This document shows, piece after piece, positions 50,193-63,340 of a DNA stretch of 64,000 nucleotides. The translations under genes were made by a program, and so were the position numbers. This DNA is from Haliotis rufescens. Taxonomy: Eukaryota. Under the pieces are notes generated by a model, which worked only from the letters and a program-made list of their open reading frames with translations, was not told where the DNA came from and did no database searches. Position 1 is the stretch's first letter. The number at the start of each line of letters is the position of its first letter. The DNA lies in assembly GCF_023055435.1 (NCBI RefSeq), contig NW_025964365.1, forward strand, positions 434,001 to 498,000. The letters are read 5' to 3'.

Positions 50193-53100
50193 TAACCACT
50201 GTATAAAGTCAGGGGGACTGGAGAATATTCTGTTGTGTCGTGGAAGGATGAAGTTGACACAACAAATGTTGTCAAGTCAAGTTCCCCTGCAGGAAGTACT
50301 CCCACCCTGTGACGAGGCTTCACTTTGAACTTCTTATCTTGCCTTCTTTACAATACCATTGTGATGGTGATTTCCTTATATCCCCTTGAACAATGCTTGT
50401 CATATACAATATCACGGCCGAATGTCTTGAATGAGATGTCAGCTACTATGACCGGAACTATGGAAACCAGGCTTAAACTATTTTTCACCTGAAGTCTCAC
50501 TTCAATGAAGATGGGTATTATGTAAATTGTTTATTTTCGGAAAATAAAAGAAATGAATCAAAGTGTTTTTACAATTTTACAATTAGTTTTATCGCTTCTA
50601 TTCCTTAGACGTTAATATTAACAATATNNNNNNNNNNNNNNNNNNNNNNNNNNNNNNNNNNNNNNNNNNNNNNNNNNNNNNNNNNNNNNNNNNNNNNNNN
50701 NNNNNNNNNNNNNNNNNNNNNNNNNNNNNNNNNNNNNNNNNNNNNNNNNNNNNNNNNNNNNNNNNNNNNNNNNTTAGAATTGGTCTTTAGCAAACCATGC
50801 TTGCCGTAAAAGCGATCATGCCATAAAAGGCGACCAACGGCATCGGATGGACAGGTTCGCACACTTGGTTGATGCATGTCATCGTATCCCAATAGCGTGG
50901 ATGGATGCTCATGATGTTAATCACTGGATTGTCTGGTCCAAACTTGATTATTTACAGAACGCCGTCATGTTACTGAAATATTGCGGCGTTACACAATAAA
51001 CAAACAAACACCATACAAAGCGATATTAACCCAGTTGTGCTCTTTCAATGCTCTGAGATTGTAATAACCATAACATAGCAGACACAATACACTCTCTCTC
51101 TTCGACCTCGAACACCTTCAGAACTGGTGACGTATACGTACACACAGAGCATACTATGTTCCATAGCGTGAACGTTTGATTGAGATGTATTGTTGTCTAG
51201 TCTCCCATGTTAGTGTTCCTGTCATGAATAATGTGTACTGTGGAAGTATATAAAATATAAATACTTCTTGTTGTCAAGCCGGCTATTCTCAACCAAATAC
51301 CTATAGTATCCGTACTGCCACATCACAAACAATGATGTAATTTCGAAAACACAGCTTGCTGTCAAATATTGTGCTGAATAATGTGATTTGTTTTTGTTAT
51401 CATGTATACGGTAATCGTTTGAGCCATAGATACAAATGAATGTTTGAGCACAAATAACCTTACAAAACATTGATTGGCGATTGATTCTCAACCATTTCCT
51501 TACATTATTCGAGGTTTCCACCCAACGTGTCAAAATTTCAGTTTGGTACCGCTTTCTTGCTCGTCAGTTTTAGCTGTTGGATAATAGGTATCATTTGTAC
51601 GAGTCAATCAACTTTATTTCGTAATTCAGGCCACATTGCCCATACTGCAGATGAAAGATGAATCATATATTAAAGTCACATGCCCAGCGTGGCACATACC
51701 CATCCTATTTTGGATATGTCACCTAAATATAGACCTATCCAACTTAGAACATTAATAGAACTTAAGAAAAGACAATTGCAAACGTAATACTAACTTTATG
51801 ATATTTCTGTAATGAGACAAGCAAACTATTTTTCAACAGAGTCTATTTCTTACGTACAAAAAGTGCATTGCATTCATCCTCTACTAAATGAAGGTCACTG
51901 TCTTCACATGCAGAGTCTGTTTACGGTATTAAATGTTGGTTTTTCACAAAATAATGTTGACTCGAAAGTTGTTTAGAGACTTTCGAAGTTTACACATTGC
52001 TCAAACAAATCGTTTGTCTCTGAGTACAGTTATATAAAACTTAGGTTGCAGAAAGGATTAGATATTCACTACAAAGGTAGAAACCTCCAAACTTTGGTAC
52101 TATGTTTGGAAATAAATATCTGTTAAACGTCATCTTCATGCAATGGCCTATCCTCTTATAATTTAAGCAGAACGTAACTTTGGAAGGGGTATCGACTTGC
52201 ATTCAATCGAAGAAGCTTAATCCAGTACTTCCTTGCCCTTGTTGGCGTGTTGATAAACATACAATGACCATCAGTTTCACCCAGAACATCTTTTTGCTGA
52301 AGATTGCTGAATCATTACCCACTCCCCCCAAAAAGTTTACATTAGCATACTTGTATCTTTTCAAATGGGGCATGATATTTAATACCCCACACTTCAAAAC
52401 CATACATCAATATTCGAGAGATTTTAGTACTGTCTACAATTTCCTTTTCCAATAACATGAAGAGTAATTAAACTTTTTCAAGAATTTCGGGGAAACTATA
52501 ATTTATTCGAAAACATCCAAGCTGTCTGAGTGTAGTATTCATGTATAGTATGGTATCTCAATGGGCTAGGACTATAAATGCGTCAGTAGTCGAAACAGCT
52601 AATTCATAGAATAGTACTTTTTTCAGTCATTGTCCGTAGATATATTTAGATAATTATATCTACAATTACAGGTTGCAAAGTTGTGCTTACTACAATATTC
52701 AAAGGATGTTTGACGATACATTTCGTGCAGAAAACACAATAGAAATCTACAAAGAGAATATATTTTAAATATTTGGGACAACAGAGAGCATGGAATTTGG
52801 CGCTTTTCTATATGCGACCGTGACGTCATATCTTTTGCGTCACAGTGAGAGATATGACGTCATACTGGTGACGTGCGGTGGAGAACGAAAGCTTTGCAAA
52901 GCTTGCTTAGTTATCTTTAGGGGTAACTTATGTTAGCTGACCAAGTTGGCGTGCTCATATGCTTTCAATGCCTGTTATATGTTCGAGGGAAGTATTACAT
53001 AGGCACGTCGTACTGTAAACAAACTGCTTGCGCATATACAGCGCGATATTTTGTTTACAGGCTGTTGTCGGTAATTCCGTAATTTAACCCACTCAAAATA

Positions 53101-53670
53101 CTGGACTCAAACCATACCGCTTCTCTAAATAAAGATGCTAACACCAAAGAGTTTTTTTGATCATGGTAGAATAGAGATAAACACCTTAATATCTTGAAGA
53201 TTTATGTACGCGTTGCTGTGTACGGGATCATTTCATGAATGTTCCTATATAAGTACAATTATAGGGAACGCGACGTTTAATCCCATTTCACCGCACCTTA
53301 CCTTATTTTAAATCAATATCAATGCGATCGTAAAGACCATTTTTTAATCTTTTTGTAATGTTTGTTTATAAATCCATTCACATAGTATGAAAACAAGTTG
53401 GCAGGTTGAGACAAGATTTAGAGACGTCTCCATTTGAAATATGTATTGTCAGTCACATGATGACAAATATACTCGAATAACTTGAAGGTTTATGTATGCG
53501 TCGCTGTGTTCGAGATCATTTTTTGTTGCGTTATCGACCAATCATGTTACAATATGTTGTAGCAACAGATTTTTTTGCTTAGACAACAGACTTAAAACAG
53601 TCGAAGAACTGGTCGGTTGTCATTTCATGTAAACTTATAACGGCAGAACCTTCGTCTCCTTACACATAAT

Positions 53671-55143
53671 ATGGCGGGAGTGTTTGAGAGTCTGAAGGGT
53701 GCCGGTGCCATTGGCATCGTTGTTTTCGTTCTTGCTCTTATAGGGAACATTTGTAATTGGATAGCCTTTACTACCGCAGCATGGGCTCGTAAATTTACAA
53801 ATACAAATAAGGAGACTTTCACTGGCTACGGGCTGTGGAGAATGTGTGGAACAGGCACCGATAGTGTTGTATCTGCATGCGCCCAGATTGACGGAACCAA
53901 TCTCGGTAAAGTATATTATCCTTTTATTAAACAACATTCTATTATATAGATATATGTTATATTTGATTAGAGTTTTTCTATTTATGGGGTGATGTATGGT
54001 GGTAAATGTTCGGACAATGACAATAGCTATGCTATAATAGTAAAACCCGGGAAACAAAGATACATGTATCGTGAAACCAAGCCCATAGCTGCTTCAATAT
54101 GTTCAAAAAACATTGGCCCCTTTGGGCAGATTAATGATAAATCGTGTCGCCTGTCACGCCGAAGATCAGGAGGTAATGGTTTATGGTTTGGGTTTCAGCG
54201 TATTATGGCGCTGTTCAGGCTTTGGTATCAATTGGATTTCTGGGACTCAACGCAATGTGCCTCATCATCATCCTCAAGATGTTCACAAGCAAGTGTGCCG
54301 ACGTCTCCGACATCGATAAAGTCAACGGCATCCAAGCTATCGTTACAGGTATGGCGTCAAACAACTCACACTAACATTATTGATTCAGTTCAGTTTGACC
54401 TGAACAAGAAGTAAAAGAAACATGAAGAAAATTGTTTTAACCTCTTTCCCATATTATTCATCTTTTTCCCGTTGGTAATGTTTATCAATAAATTGCACTG
54501 ATGCATTTTTGTCAGCTTATAACAATTTGTATTTAGTACCAAAACATATTGACATAATTATGTGGAAACTCAGGCTGAAGTTACGTTTGTGTTTCAATAT
54601 ATATACTCGTCCCGGTCGTATGAACACTGTAACAGGTATATTTATGTTAATAATAATTTTAAAACTATACGAATGGTTAACTGACAATTGCTGATAATTA
54701 GGTTGCATGTGTACACATCACTTTATTTAAAATGAGTATAATGTCTGTTTCTAGTTTAGACTCCTAAACTAACGTGTTATTGTTTCATACCATAGCTTAA
54801 ATTATTTAAAACCTTGAAGTTTTTACGTCTACACAAATGTATTTATGTAACAGGGAGTGTAATTTGAATAAGCCAGTAAGGCCTGTTTACAATCCCTTTC
54901 AAGTAAAGTTGAATAAAATATGTTTAAACTGTATCATTTCCAGGTGTTCTTTACTTGATCGGCATCATTATATTCGGTGCGGAATACGGCAATGGAGACA
55001 AACTTCGCAATACATCCATTGCCGTGGATGGCGACCTGGGCTACTCATTCGTCTTTGCTGTGTTCGCCATGTTGTTGGAGATCGTTGTAGGCGTTGTTCT
55101 GCTTGTGACCGGCCTCAAAGGTGGATCTGTGGCCGCCAAATAG
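53671..55143 (+). CDS. Claudin/PMP22-family tetraspan protein, copy C, 3 exons, 194 aa
   Basis: Exons 53671-53905, 54199-54348, 54944-55143. Relative to copies A/B it has in-frame 12-nt (loop 1) and 6-nt (loop 2) length differences. Confidence 0.9.
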
Positions 55144-57110
55144 TAACCACTGTATAAAAGTCAGGTGGGATGGGAGCATGTTCTGCTGTGTTGTGGAAGG
55201 ATGAAGTCGACACAACAAATGTTGTCAAGTCAAGTTCCCCTGCAGGAAGTACTCCCACCCTGTGACGAGGCTTCACTTTATACTTCTTATCTTGCCTTCT
55301 TTACAATACCATTGTGATGGCGATTTCCTTATATCCCCTTGAACAATGCTTGTCATATACAATATCCCTGTCGAATTTCTTGTATGAGATGTCAGCTACT
55401 ATGACTGGAACTATACAAACCAGGCTTAAACTATTTCTGATAACAAATCTCAGCTTAATGTAGATGGATATTATGCAAACTCAACTATTTATCTAAAAAT
55501 AATTGAAACCATCAAAATATTTGAAAGGGGGTCACTATTTTGAAATGAAAGTCATTTTAATTTATTTTTAATTTAGACCTTTGGCTGTCATTAAATGTGT
55601 AATGATATTTGTACTAGGTTGTGTTCGTATAGCTGACAAATGATCGTTGCTCTCTTTATCAGCTCATGGCAAACCATACACCTGGTGTCCTCACTATTTG
55701 ATATTGGTTCATAAATATATGCTTTGGATATTGTCGGAATCGTATATTGATTCTAGATTGCTTATGATTATGGAAATAGTTTTGTATCTTTTATTTCTTA
55801 GACGTAATATTAATTTGTACCTCCGTGAATATAGTTCATATAAATAATTTATTTTACAGTCTCTTTTAGTGTTTGTCATAATTTGAAAGTAAATACAAGC
55901 TGAAGGTATGAACATGCATTGGCTTTGCGCTGCACTACATTACACTACATTACACTAAACCTCCTCTCCACTCCCCACCACGCCCCGCCCGACCCCACCC
56001 CACTGCACTCTACTCCAGTTATCTTACGTTGTATTATCTCTCTCTTTGTCTGTCGCGACTCCCTACCCCCCCCCCCCCCCCCCTTCCACACACACGCGCG
56101 CACGCACACACACACACACACACACACATTTTTCTCTTTCAGTCCCAACGTTGTATAGATATTATATTTCATTACACCTTAGTACGGAAAGTGTATTTGT
56201 TATTTGAATATGTTTTTAACGACATGTGTTATGACAACAGAGCAATGCTTACACATGACAGCCGAAACAAGCCCCACCTTCAACCTGTGTATAACACCTG
56301 GTCTACCTCATACTGGGTGTGTGCGTCTGGCAATGAAACTAGGCAGGTCGCGAAGACTGAGTAGAATATAATAGCCTCCTCTTTTGAGAAAAGCTGTCAG
56401 TGATATGCAGTTATATTGTGAATGGCACACGAATGTCTGTGTCAGGATTGTGCGTTCAGTCACCATGACATGGGTCGTCAAAACACGCCACATAACCTTG
56501 TCCTATCTCGCGGGGAGCGGTCAGTCCGATGATCATATTAAACATCTTCCTCTCGTGGTGGTGGGGGTAGGGGGTGAGGGGGGGGGGGGGGGGGGGGCAG
56601 TTGATTCTGCACGCGATTGTGCATTTAACTTTCCTTGTCATCGATCGACTTCACGTCCAGTTACATATGTGCACTTACACATTTACTCGTCGATTAACGC
56701 TTAAACTACCGCGGCAAGCATCGGAGTTTTAAAACATGTGTCAACTCGTGTTGATATTTTTCATATCAAAATATATTCTTTCAATCCTTCGTTAAAGTCC
56801 GCAACGACAGTTTCCCGACGAGCGACTGGTGTTAAATTGCAAAGCTGGCTCTTTCTTATTTACCATAGTCCGTTTGGCTACAAATGAGAACGATGAATTG
56901 CAAAATAACTCAAAATAGGGAAAAGTCTATTAAATGTAAGAAAAAACAAGTCAGACGTGCAGTTGTTAAACTGCATTCAGAAAATAGGTACCTGTCACTG
57001 AGACCTCAAAAGACTGGAATATACTGTGGCATGGTGTCAGTGTGATCCAGGACACCCCTCAAACTTATATAAGTACCCTCTTTTTACCAAGATGTCAAAG
57101 ACCGTCATAC

Positions 57111-57388
57111 GTGAGTGAGTGAGTTGGTTTAATGCCGCTTTTAACAGTATTCCAGTTATCTCGCGGCGTGTCAGCTTAATGTGGGAGGAAAGCCCGAAGT
57201 GATGCAGGTCTCAGACGTTTAACACTTCGGTGAAACCCACGAACACGGGTATGGTGCTGACAAACTAGAAACATAATCGGGGCGAACCGGGATTCGAACC
57301 CACAATCATAGGTTTCTGGCGTGCCCAAGGGACGCAACTCTGCACAGCGAATCTCGGCGCCTTAGACGACTGGGCCACCCGTGCCCCC
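57111..57388 (-). mobile_element. SINE family B, full length
   Basis: RC of 62937-63217; imperfect TSD AAGACCGTCATACG / AAGATCGGCATACG. Confidence 0.9.
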
Positions 57389-57508
57389 AAGATCGGCATA
57401 CGACTCGTGCTCAAAAGGTATTTTATCGTGGTTGCAATATACATGGGCGTTCGGTAAGCTTTTTATGGTAGACATGTGGAGGACATTTCCAATTTTGGTA
57501 CATCAGTT

Positions 57509-57675
57509 GGGGCGGTGGGGTGACCTAGTGGTTAAAGCGTTCGCACGTCACGCCGAAGGCTCGGGTTCGATTCCCCTCATGGATACAAAGTGTGAAGCCC
57601 ATTTCTAATGATCCCCACCTTGATATTGCTAGAATATTGCTAAAAGCGGCTTAAAACCATACTCACTCACTCACT
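57509..57675 (+). mobile_element. SINE family A, diverged
   Basis: Same layout; flanking repeat TGGTACATC. Confidence 0.85.
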
Positions 57676-60098
57676 GGTACATCCGGTACAAAAATGTCCG
57701 ATTCAGTTCCCTATTTTGACTTGTACCATATGTCCCCCTGGGTTTTTTTTCAGGTGATCAATTGACTTGCCTTTGAAAGTGTTTGTGTTGGATGCCACCG
57801 GTGAGTCAGGATACGCTCATCTTTTGGCGAACACTGGTGTCATCACTATTTGATAGTGGTTCATGCTTATGACACAGTCGGAATCTACAGTTGACTCTGC
57901 TTTTTGGGGAGATTTCTTATGTCTATTGAAACGGTTTTGAAGGCTTTATTATCAGTATAAAATCAAACTTCAACCCGAAGAACTTATACCTGGTAAAGGT
58001 TCTTGTAATGCAATATCTGTTGATTCCTTGGACGGTAAACTGTATTTCAACACGGCTTCATTCAAGCTGTGCGAACTCGCTGATAAGCAAGCTCTGGAGA
58101 GCAGCATTGAATATTATTATTATTTTTATAATTAAAAACTGAGTTCATTTTTTTATGAACTGGGAAAAACGTTAGTCAAGTAACCGACCGCCTAACGGGA
58201 TTACTCTGGGCTCACTTATACCTGTCGACATTTACTCGTCGATTAACGGCAAGCATCGGAGTTTTAAACATTTGTCAACTCGTATTTTTTATATTAAAAT
58301 ATATTCTTTCAATCCTTCGTTAAAGTCCACAACGACAGTTTCCCGAGGAGCGACTGGTATTAAATTGCAAAGCTGGCTCTTTCTTATTTACCATCACAGT
58401 CCGTTTGGCTACAAATGAGAACGATGAATTGCCAAACAACTCAAAATAGGGAATAGTCTACTAAATGTAAGAAAAAACAAGTCAGACGTGCAGTTGTTAA
58501 ACTGCATACAGAAAACAGGTACATGTCAATAAGACTTAAAGAAATACCTTAAAGGGTACATGATTAAATTGTTACAAAATACAAGTTATGGCAACTTGAT
58601 GTTGAAAAGCTAGAAAATGAATTCCTTTGACGCGAAACTGTCAACGAGATAGGGTCAAGATACTGGTCATGTGCTGGACTTCAGCAAGCAACAGCCCCAC
58701 CTATATATTTGTGACCATCACCAGTGACACAAGCAATTCCGACGACCATGGCTGTGACATGAGAGTCAGAATGCGATAAAAACAATTCATGAGACGACCC
58801 CTCTTATGCTGTTACCTCCTGTGCCGTTGCGTAGCGCGTACAGTACGAGAATCGCGCTGTTCCTCTTACCGTTATTATCCCCTCCGTTCAAGATGTCAAA
58901 GTGAACACATAACAACATGATAGTTTCTTAGACAACTTGTTCCAGTGATGGGAATAAAATGAACAAACAGCAGATATTGTTATATATAGAGTATAGAGAT
59001 ATATAGAGTATTCATTGCCGTGTACGGTATCGACATATTAAAGATTATTCCCGATTTTGAGTTATTTTGCAATTCATCGATCTCATTCGATGCCAAATGA
59101 GCTGTAATGTTTATGAAGTATTTTGTTGATGCAAAGCATGTTGCTATAGTCATGACCACCTCATTGTCACGTGCGCTTTCATAAGCACACATGTTATGGT
59201 ACTTAGGTCATTAAATCCTACACATATTTGTTACTAGAATGTCAAGACCATGCCCAAGCCTAGGCTAGATTAAAACAAGAATTGCAGTTAGATCCGCTAT
59301 CTGTCATAGATCTCCTAAAGCCAAGAGATGCAATAGCGAAGGCCAAACTGACTCTATTTCTGAGAGATGGACAGCTACTCGAACGTATATAAACAGAGCA
59401 GCCAAGGATAAAAATGAAATCATATCAATAAAAGAAAACAGAAATCATATCAATACAAAAACAGAAATTATGTGAATACCAAACTCACAATAAATATGTG
59501 TACCCTAACCACACACAGGAGTCCCAAAGAGGGACAGGTCTGCCGAAATTGCTCAGGCAGAAGGCGACCTCTTAAACACTTAATGCAACAACAACAACGC
59601 ACATATTCTCAAGTCAAACACACAGTGTATGAACGTTCTTTGGCCACCTTGCAACCATTGTCATACTGGATCGAAAACGTATGAACCCAAGTACAAGACA
59701 CGAAAAATTCATTTCAATCGATTATATTCCTTCTATAGAAACCCCTCTGCAACCCATAACAGTCACGCATTTGAAGCACAGAGCGGGTTTTCGGTTCTTT
59801 CATACAAACAGTTACCCGCACAAAAGAATTTGCTCAAAAGACTCGCACTGACATCTTAATATTGCAGTTGTGTACAGTTATTATGATATGACGGGTGTTA
59901 TAGGCTACAAAAAGCTGCATAGAACCTTTGTGTTGAATTCCTGTCAAGGCCAATAAGACATTCAACACATCCTTAATGGAATACCTATAACAGTAACTAA
60001 TGCCCCGATATTTTGGAGACGGACATACAGAGGGTGTTCATATTGATATGATACAGTTGGGGTTGGTATGTTATCTGATATAGCTGTCTAAGTGAGCC

Positions 60099-60345
60099 AT
60101 GACAGGTGTAGTGGAAAGTTTGAAGGCGGCTCCCCTGCTGAAACGGATCATCTTTATTCTGGTTCTTGTGACTCAGTTTTTTAACTGGTTGTCTTTTACC
60201 ACCCCTGCTTGGGCCCGACGCTTCACGACACTGTCCGGGAACGGCGATGACCACATCGGCTACGGCTTGTGGAGAAGCTGTTCAAACGTGGGAACAGCAG
60301 TCAATCCGATCCCAAATTGCTTTCCATTAGATGGCGCCAATCTGG
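60099..60345 (+). CDS. Divergent claudin/PMP22-family paralog D, coding exon 1 (downstream exons beyond window)
   Basis: MTGVVESLKA...NWLSFTTPAWARRF...GYGLWRSC...CFPLDGANL. Same 247-nt length and phase-1 GTAAGT donor as exon 1 of copies A/B. Confidence 0.85.
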
Positions 60346-61245
60346 GTAAGTGATCCCAGTATGCACATTCACATTTCCAAGTTGTCTCAAAATAATTACT
60401 AGGTGCATACTCGTTATATTTAATCCTACAACAAACTTGTACCCAATATAAGTAATTTCCAACAAGTATTATCTTGTACACTCGAAATCAGTTACATGAC
60501 TGAGTGAGTTAAGATAACCGTCACATCGGCAATATTTCAGCCATGTCGTGACGAGACAAAATTTGACATTAACAATATATATTTAAACTTTATAAAATTC
60601 TTTCGACGAAGGACAGTATAAAACTAGAATATCACAGATTTACGTACAACTAGTCAGTTACATGATCATTCGGTTGAATCTTAATTTGCACGTTGGAGTA
60701 ATATCCCTCTCAACTTGTCATGAACCATTTAATACGAATTCGATAACGTTTTAATTTGATCAGAATTTGACCCTAAAATCATCGATCTTAAATAAATTTT
60801 CATTATCGATATGCATTATATATGCATGTGCTCATACATATTATTGACATTGAAATGTAATAAAACGGTACCGGTGACATCTATTTACATGTAAATTGGA
60901 GATCATGTTGCTTTATTCTGGTATTCTATTGCTAAATAATTAAGCACGCAAATAACAGCTTCAACAATGGCGTCGTTGAAAAGACGGAAGTAAGACGGCG
61001 AGGGTGTAACGATGCCATTCACGTAGATGCTGGAATCAACTATATGCATTACGGTCCCCATGGCGACATGCATATTGTCAATGGCTTTTGTTGTTACCGA
61101 ATATTTACCTCTTTGGGAATAACCATGACCGTGCAGTACTTTGGCATGAGCTCTTTAATGACAGAACTTGATTAGTGTGTGCATAGCCCGCTATAGTGTC
61201 GTTGGTGGGAGGGTATTCAATTAAAATACATCACGTTGAAAGAGA

Positions 61246-61592
61246 GGTGAAATGGGGTTTAACGTCGCGTCCAAGATTATTGCACTTATATAGCGACGTG
61301 CATGTACGTGTGTGTGTTTGTGTGCCTGCTTGTACTAGTCCGGACTGATGCCGATTTATAGTGCTAGCTCACTGAGATACCATGCCGCAGTTTAACATGA
61401 ATACCCCACTCAGACACAGTATACTGACTCAGAGCCGACCAGTCCTTGTTTTAGCCCCTTAATGGCGAGCGCCAGACAGGGTGACAACAAGTACCATCTT
61501 TTAACGTCTTTTGGTATGACGCGGCCGGGGATCGAACCCCGAACCTTCCGCTCTCCGGGCGGACGCTCTACCACTAGACCACGGAGGCGGTC
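61246..61592 (-). mobile_element. SINE family C (tRNA head plus Meta-domain-like centre), full length, young
   Basis: 18-bp TSD ACATCACGTTGAAAGAGA (61228-61245, 61593-61610). Centre GTCATACCAAAAGACGTTAAAAGATGGTACTTG...CATTAAGGG resembles the MetaSINE domain. Confidence 0.93.
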
Positions 61593-61956
61593 ACATCACG
61601 TTGAAAGAGACAGATGTCGTGTGGAGGCGGAGCGACAGTACTGACAAAACATGGCTCATCCAAATTGAGACTTTTAACCTCTCGGCGTTGTTTGATTTAC
61701 GATTGGGTATTGGGCCCAAGTGTAAAGTATTATTTAAAATGATTTCACAGACTTAAACGCTTAAGATGATGAATGAAGACAGCGCTGAATGATGGGTTTC
61801 ATGTTTTAAATGTGATGTTTGGTAAAGATCCTGGTACCCTTATCAAGCAAGTGACTGAAATAATATTAAACATCTGTACGGAAAAGTCACATTTGAAAAA
61901 CTGAAAAATTGCATTTGAAATTCATGCATCAGGTGTCAATTGACACTACGTCTTAG

Positions 61957-62223
61957 GACCGCCTCCGTGGTCTTGTGTTAGAGCGTCCGCCCGGAGAGCG
62001 GAAGGTTCGGGGTTCGATCCCTGGCCGCGTCATACCAAAAGACGTTAAAAGATGGTACTTGTTGTTACCCTGTCTGGCGCTCGGCATTAAGGGGTTCAAT
62101 CAAGGACTGGTCGGCTCGGAGTCAGTATACTGTGTCTGAGTGGGGTATTCATGTTAAACTGCGGCATGGTATCTCAGTGAGCTAGCACTATAAATCGGCA
62201 TCAGTCCGGACTAGTACAAGCAG

Positions 62224-62285
<62 letters not shown>

Positions 62286-62354
62286 ATGCACGTCGCTATA
62301 TAAGTGCAATAATCTTGGACGCGACGTTAAACCCAATTTCACCTCACCTCACCT
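61957..62354 (+). mobile_element. SINE family C, full length, with internal (CA)n
   Basis: 13-bp TSD CACTACGTCTTAG (61944-61956, 62355-62367); (CACCT)n tail. Confidence 0.93.
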
Positions 62355-62555
62355 CACTACGTCTTAGTACCGCTCAATTATATTGCATGATGCATAAGAC
62401 TGCCATTTTCTTAAGTTCGTTTGTAAGATTGCCTTCATGAGTAGTCGTTCAGGCCATTTTGGCTCATATTCACCATTCATGGCGAAAGATCATATCACTG
62501 ATCGTTTTTATTTCTTATACTTGCAAGCGTACTTTTGATACAAACGTATGGCTAA

Positions 62556-62886
62556 GGTGAGGTGAAATGGTGTTTAACGTCGCGTCCAAGATTATTGCAC
62601 TTATATAGCGACGTGCATGTACGTGTGTGCGTGTGTGTGTGTGTGTGGCTGCTTGCACTAGTCCGGACTGATGCTGATTTATAGTGCTAGCTCACTGAGA
62701 TACCATGCCGCAGTTTAACATGAATACCCCACTCAGACACAGTATACTGACTCCGAGCCGACCAGTCCTTGTTTGAACCCCTTAATGCCGAGCGCCAGAC
62801 AGGGTCACAACAAGTACCATCTTTTAACGCTTTTTGGTATGACGCGGTAGGGGATCGAACCCCGGATCTTCCGCCCTCCGGGCGGT
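62556..62886 (-). mobile_element. SINE family C with shortened head
   Basis: RC match to 61957-62354; flanking repeat GGCTAAG. Confidence 0.9.
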
Positions 62887-62936
62887 AGGGCTAAGAGAAA
62901 ATTAATATCAATTTACCTTCATCTCTTATAAGAACA

Positions 62937-63217
62937 GGGGGCACGGATGGTCAAGTAGTCTAAGGCGCCGCGATTCGCTGTGCAGATTGGGTCCCTTGGG
63001 CAAGCCAGAAACCTATGATTGTGGGTTCGAATCCCGGTTCGCCCCGATTGTTTCTAGGTTTGTCAGCACCATACCCGTGCTCGTGGGTTTCACCGAAAGT
63101 GTTAAACGTCTGAGACCTGCATCACTTCGGGCTTTCCTCCCACTTTAAGCTGAAACGCCGTCATATAACTGGAATAGTGTTACAAGCGGTGTTAAACCCA
63201 ACTCACTCACTCACACA
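62937..63217 (+). mobile_element. SINE family B (tRNA-Leu-like head, V-domain-like centre), full length
   Basis: TSD CTCTTATAAGAACA (62923-62936, 63218-63231). GTCTAAGGCGCC and GTGGGTTCGAATCC boxes; CCCGTG..CGTGGGTTT...TTTCCTCCCAC centre; (ACTC)n tail. Confidence 0.9.
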
Positions 63218-63340
63218 CTCTTATAAGAACAAATACTTGCTCTTGCTCATTAGATTAAACCTTTAAAAACAGTTCTTTCATAACAAAATATAAAAGGTTT
63301 CGCTCAGTTAATAATTACGTTATGCGGGGACAAGCATGTA

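Larger units (their letters stand above)
56680..58540 (+). repeat. Local direct duplication of ~310 bp (56680-57000 and 58230-58540)
   Basis: ACATTTACTCGTCGATTAACG...CAGACGTGCAGTTGTTAAACTGCAT is present twice. Confidence 0.85.

Noticed and set aside
57745-57810. Exon-like TTTTCAG...GTGAGT segment reading GDQLT
   Set aside because: It is only 47 nt, has an in-frame stop, and has no supportable partner exons or homology.
62440-62556. Possible exon 2 of tetraspan paralog D (VVQAILA...)
   Set aside because: The acceptor is poor, hydrophobicity and length do not match the 150-nt exon 2, and the apparent donor is a SINE tail.
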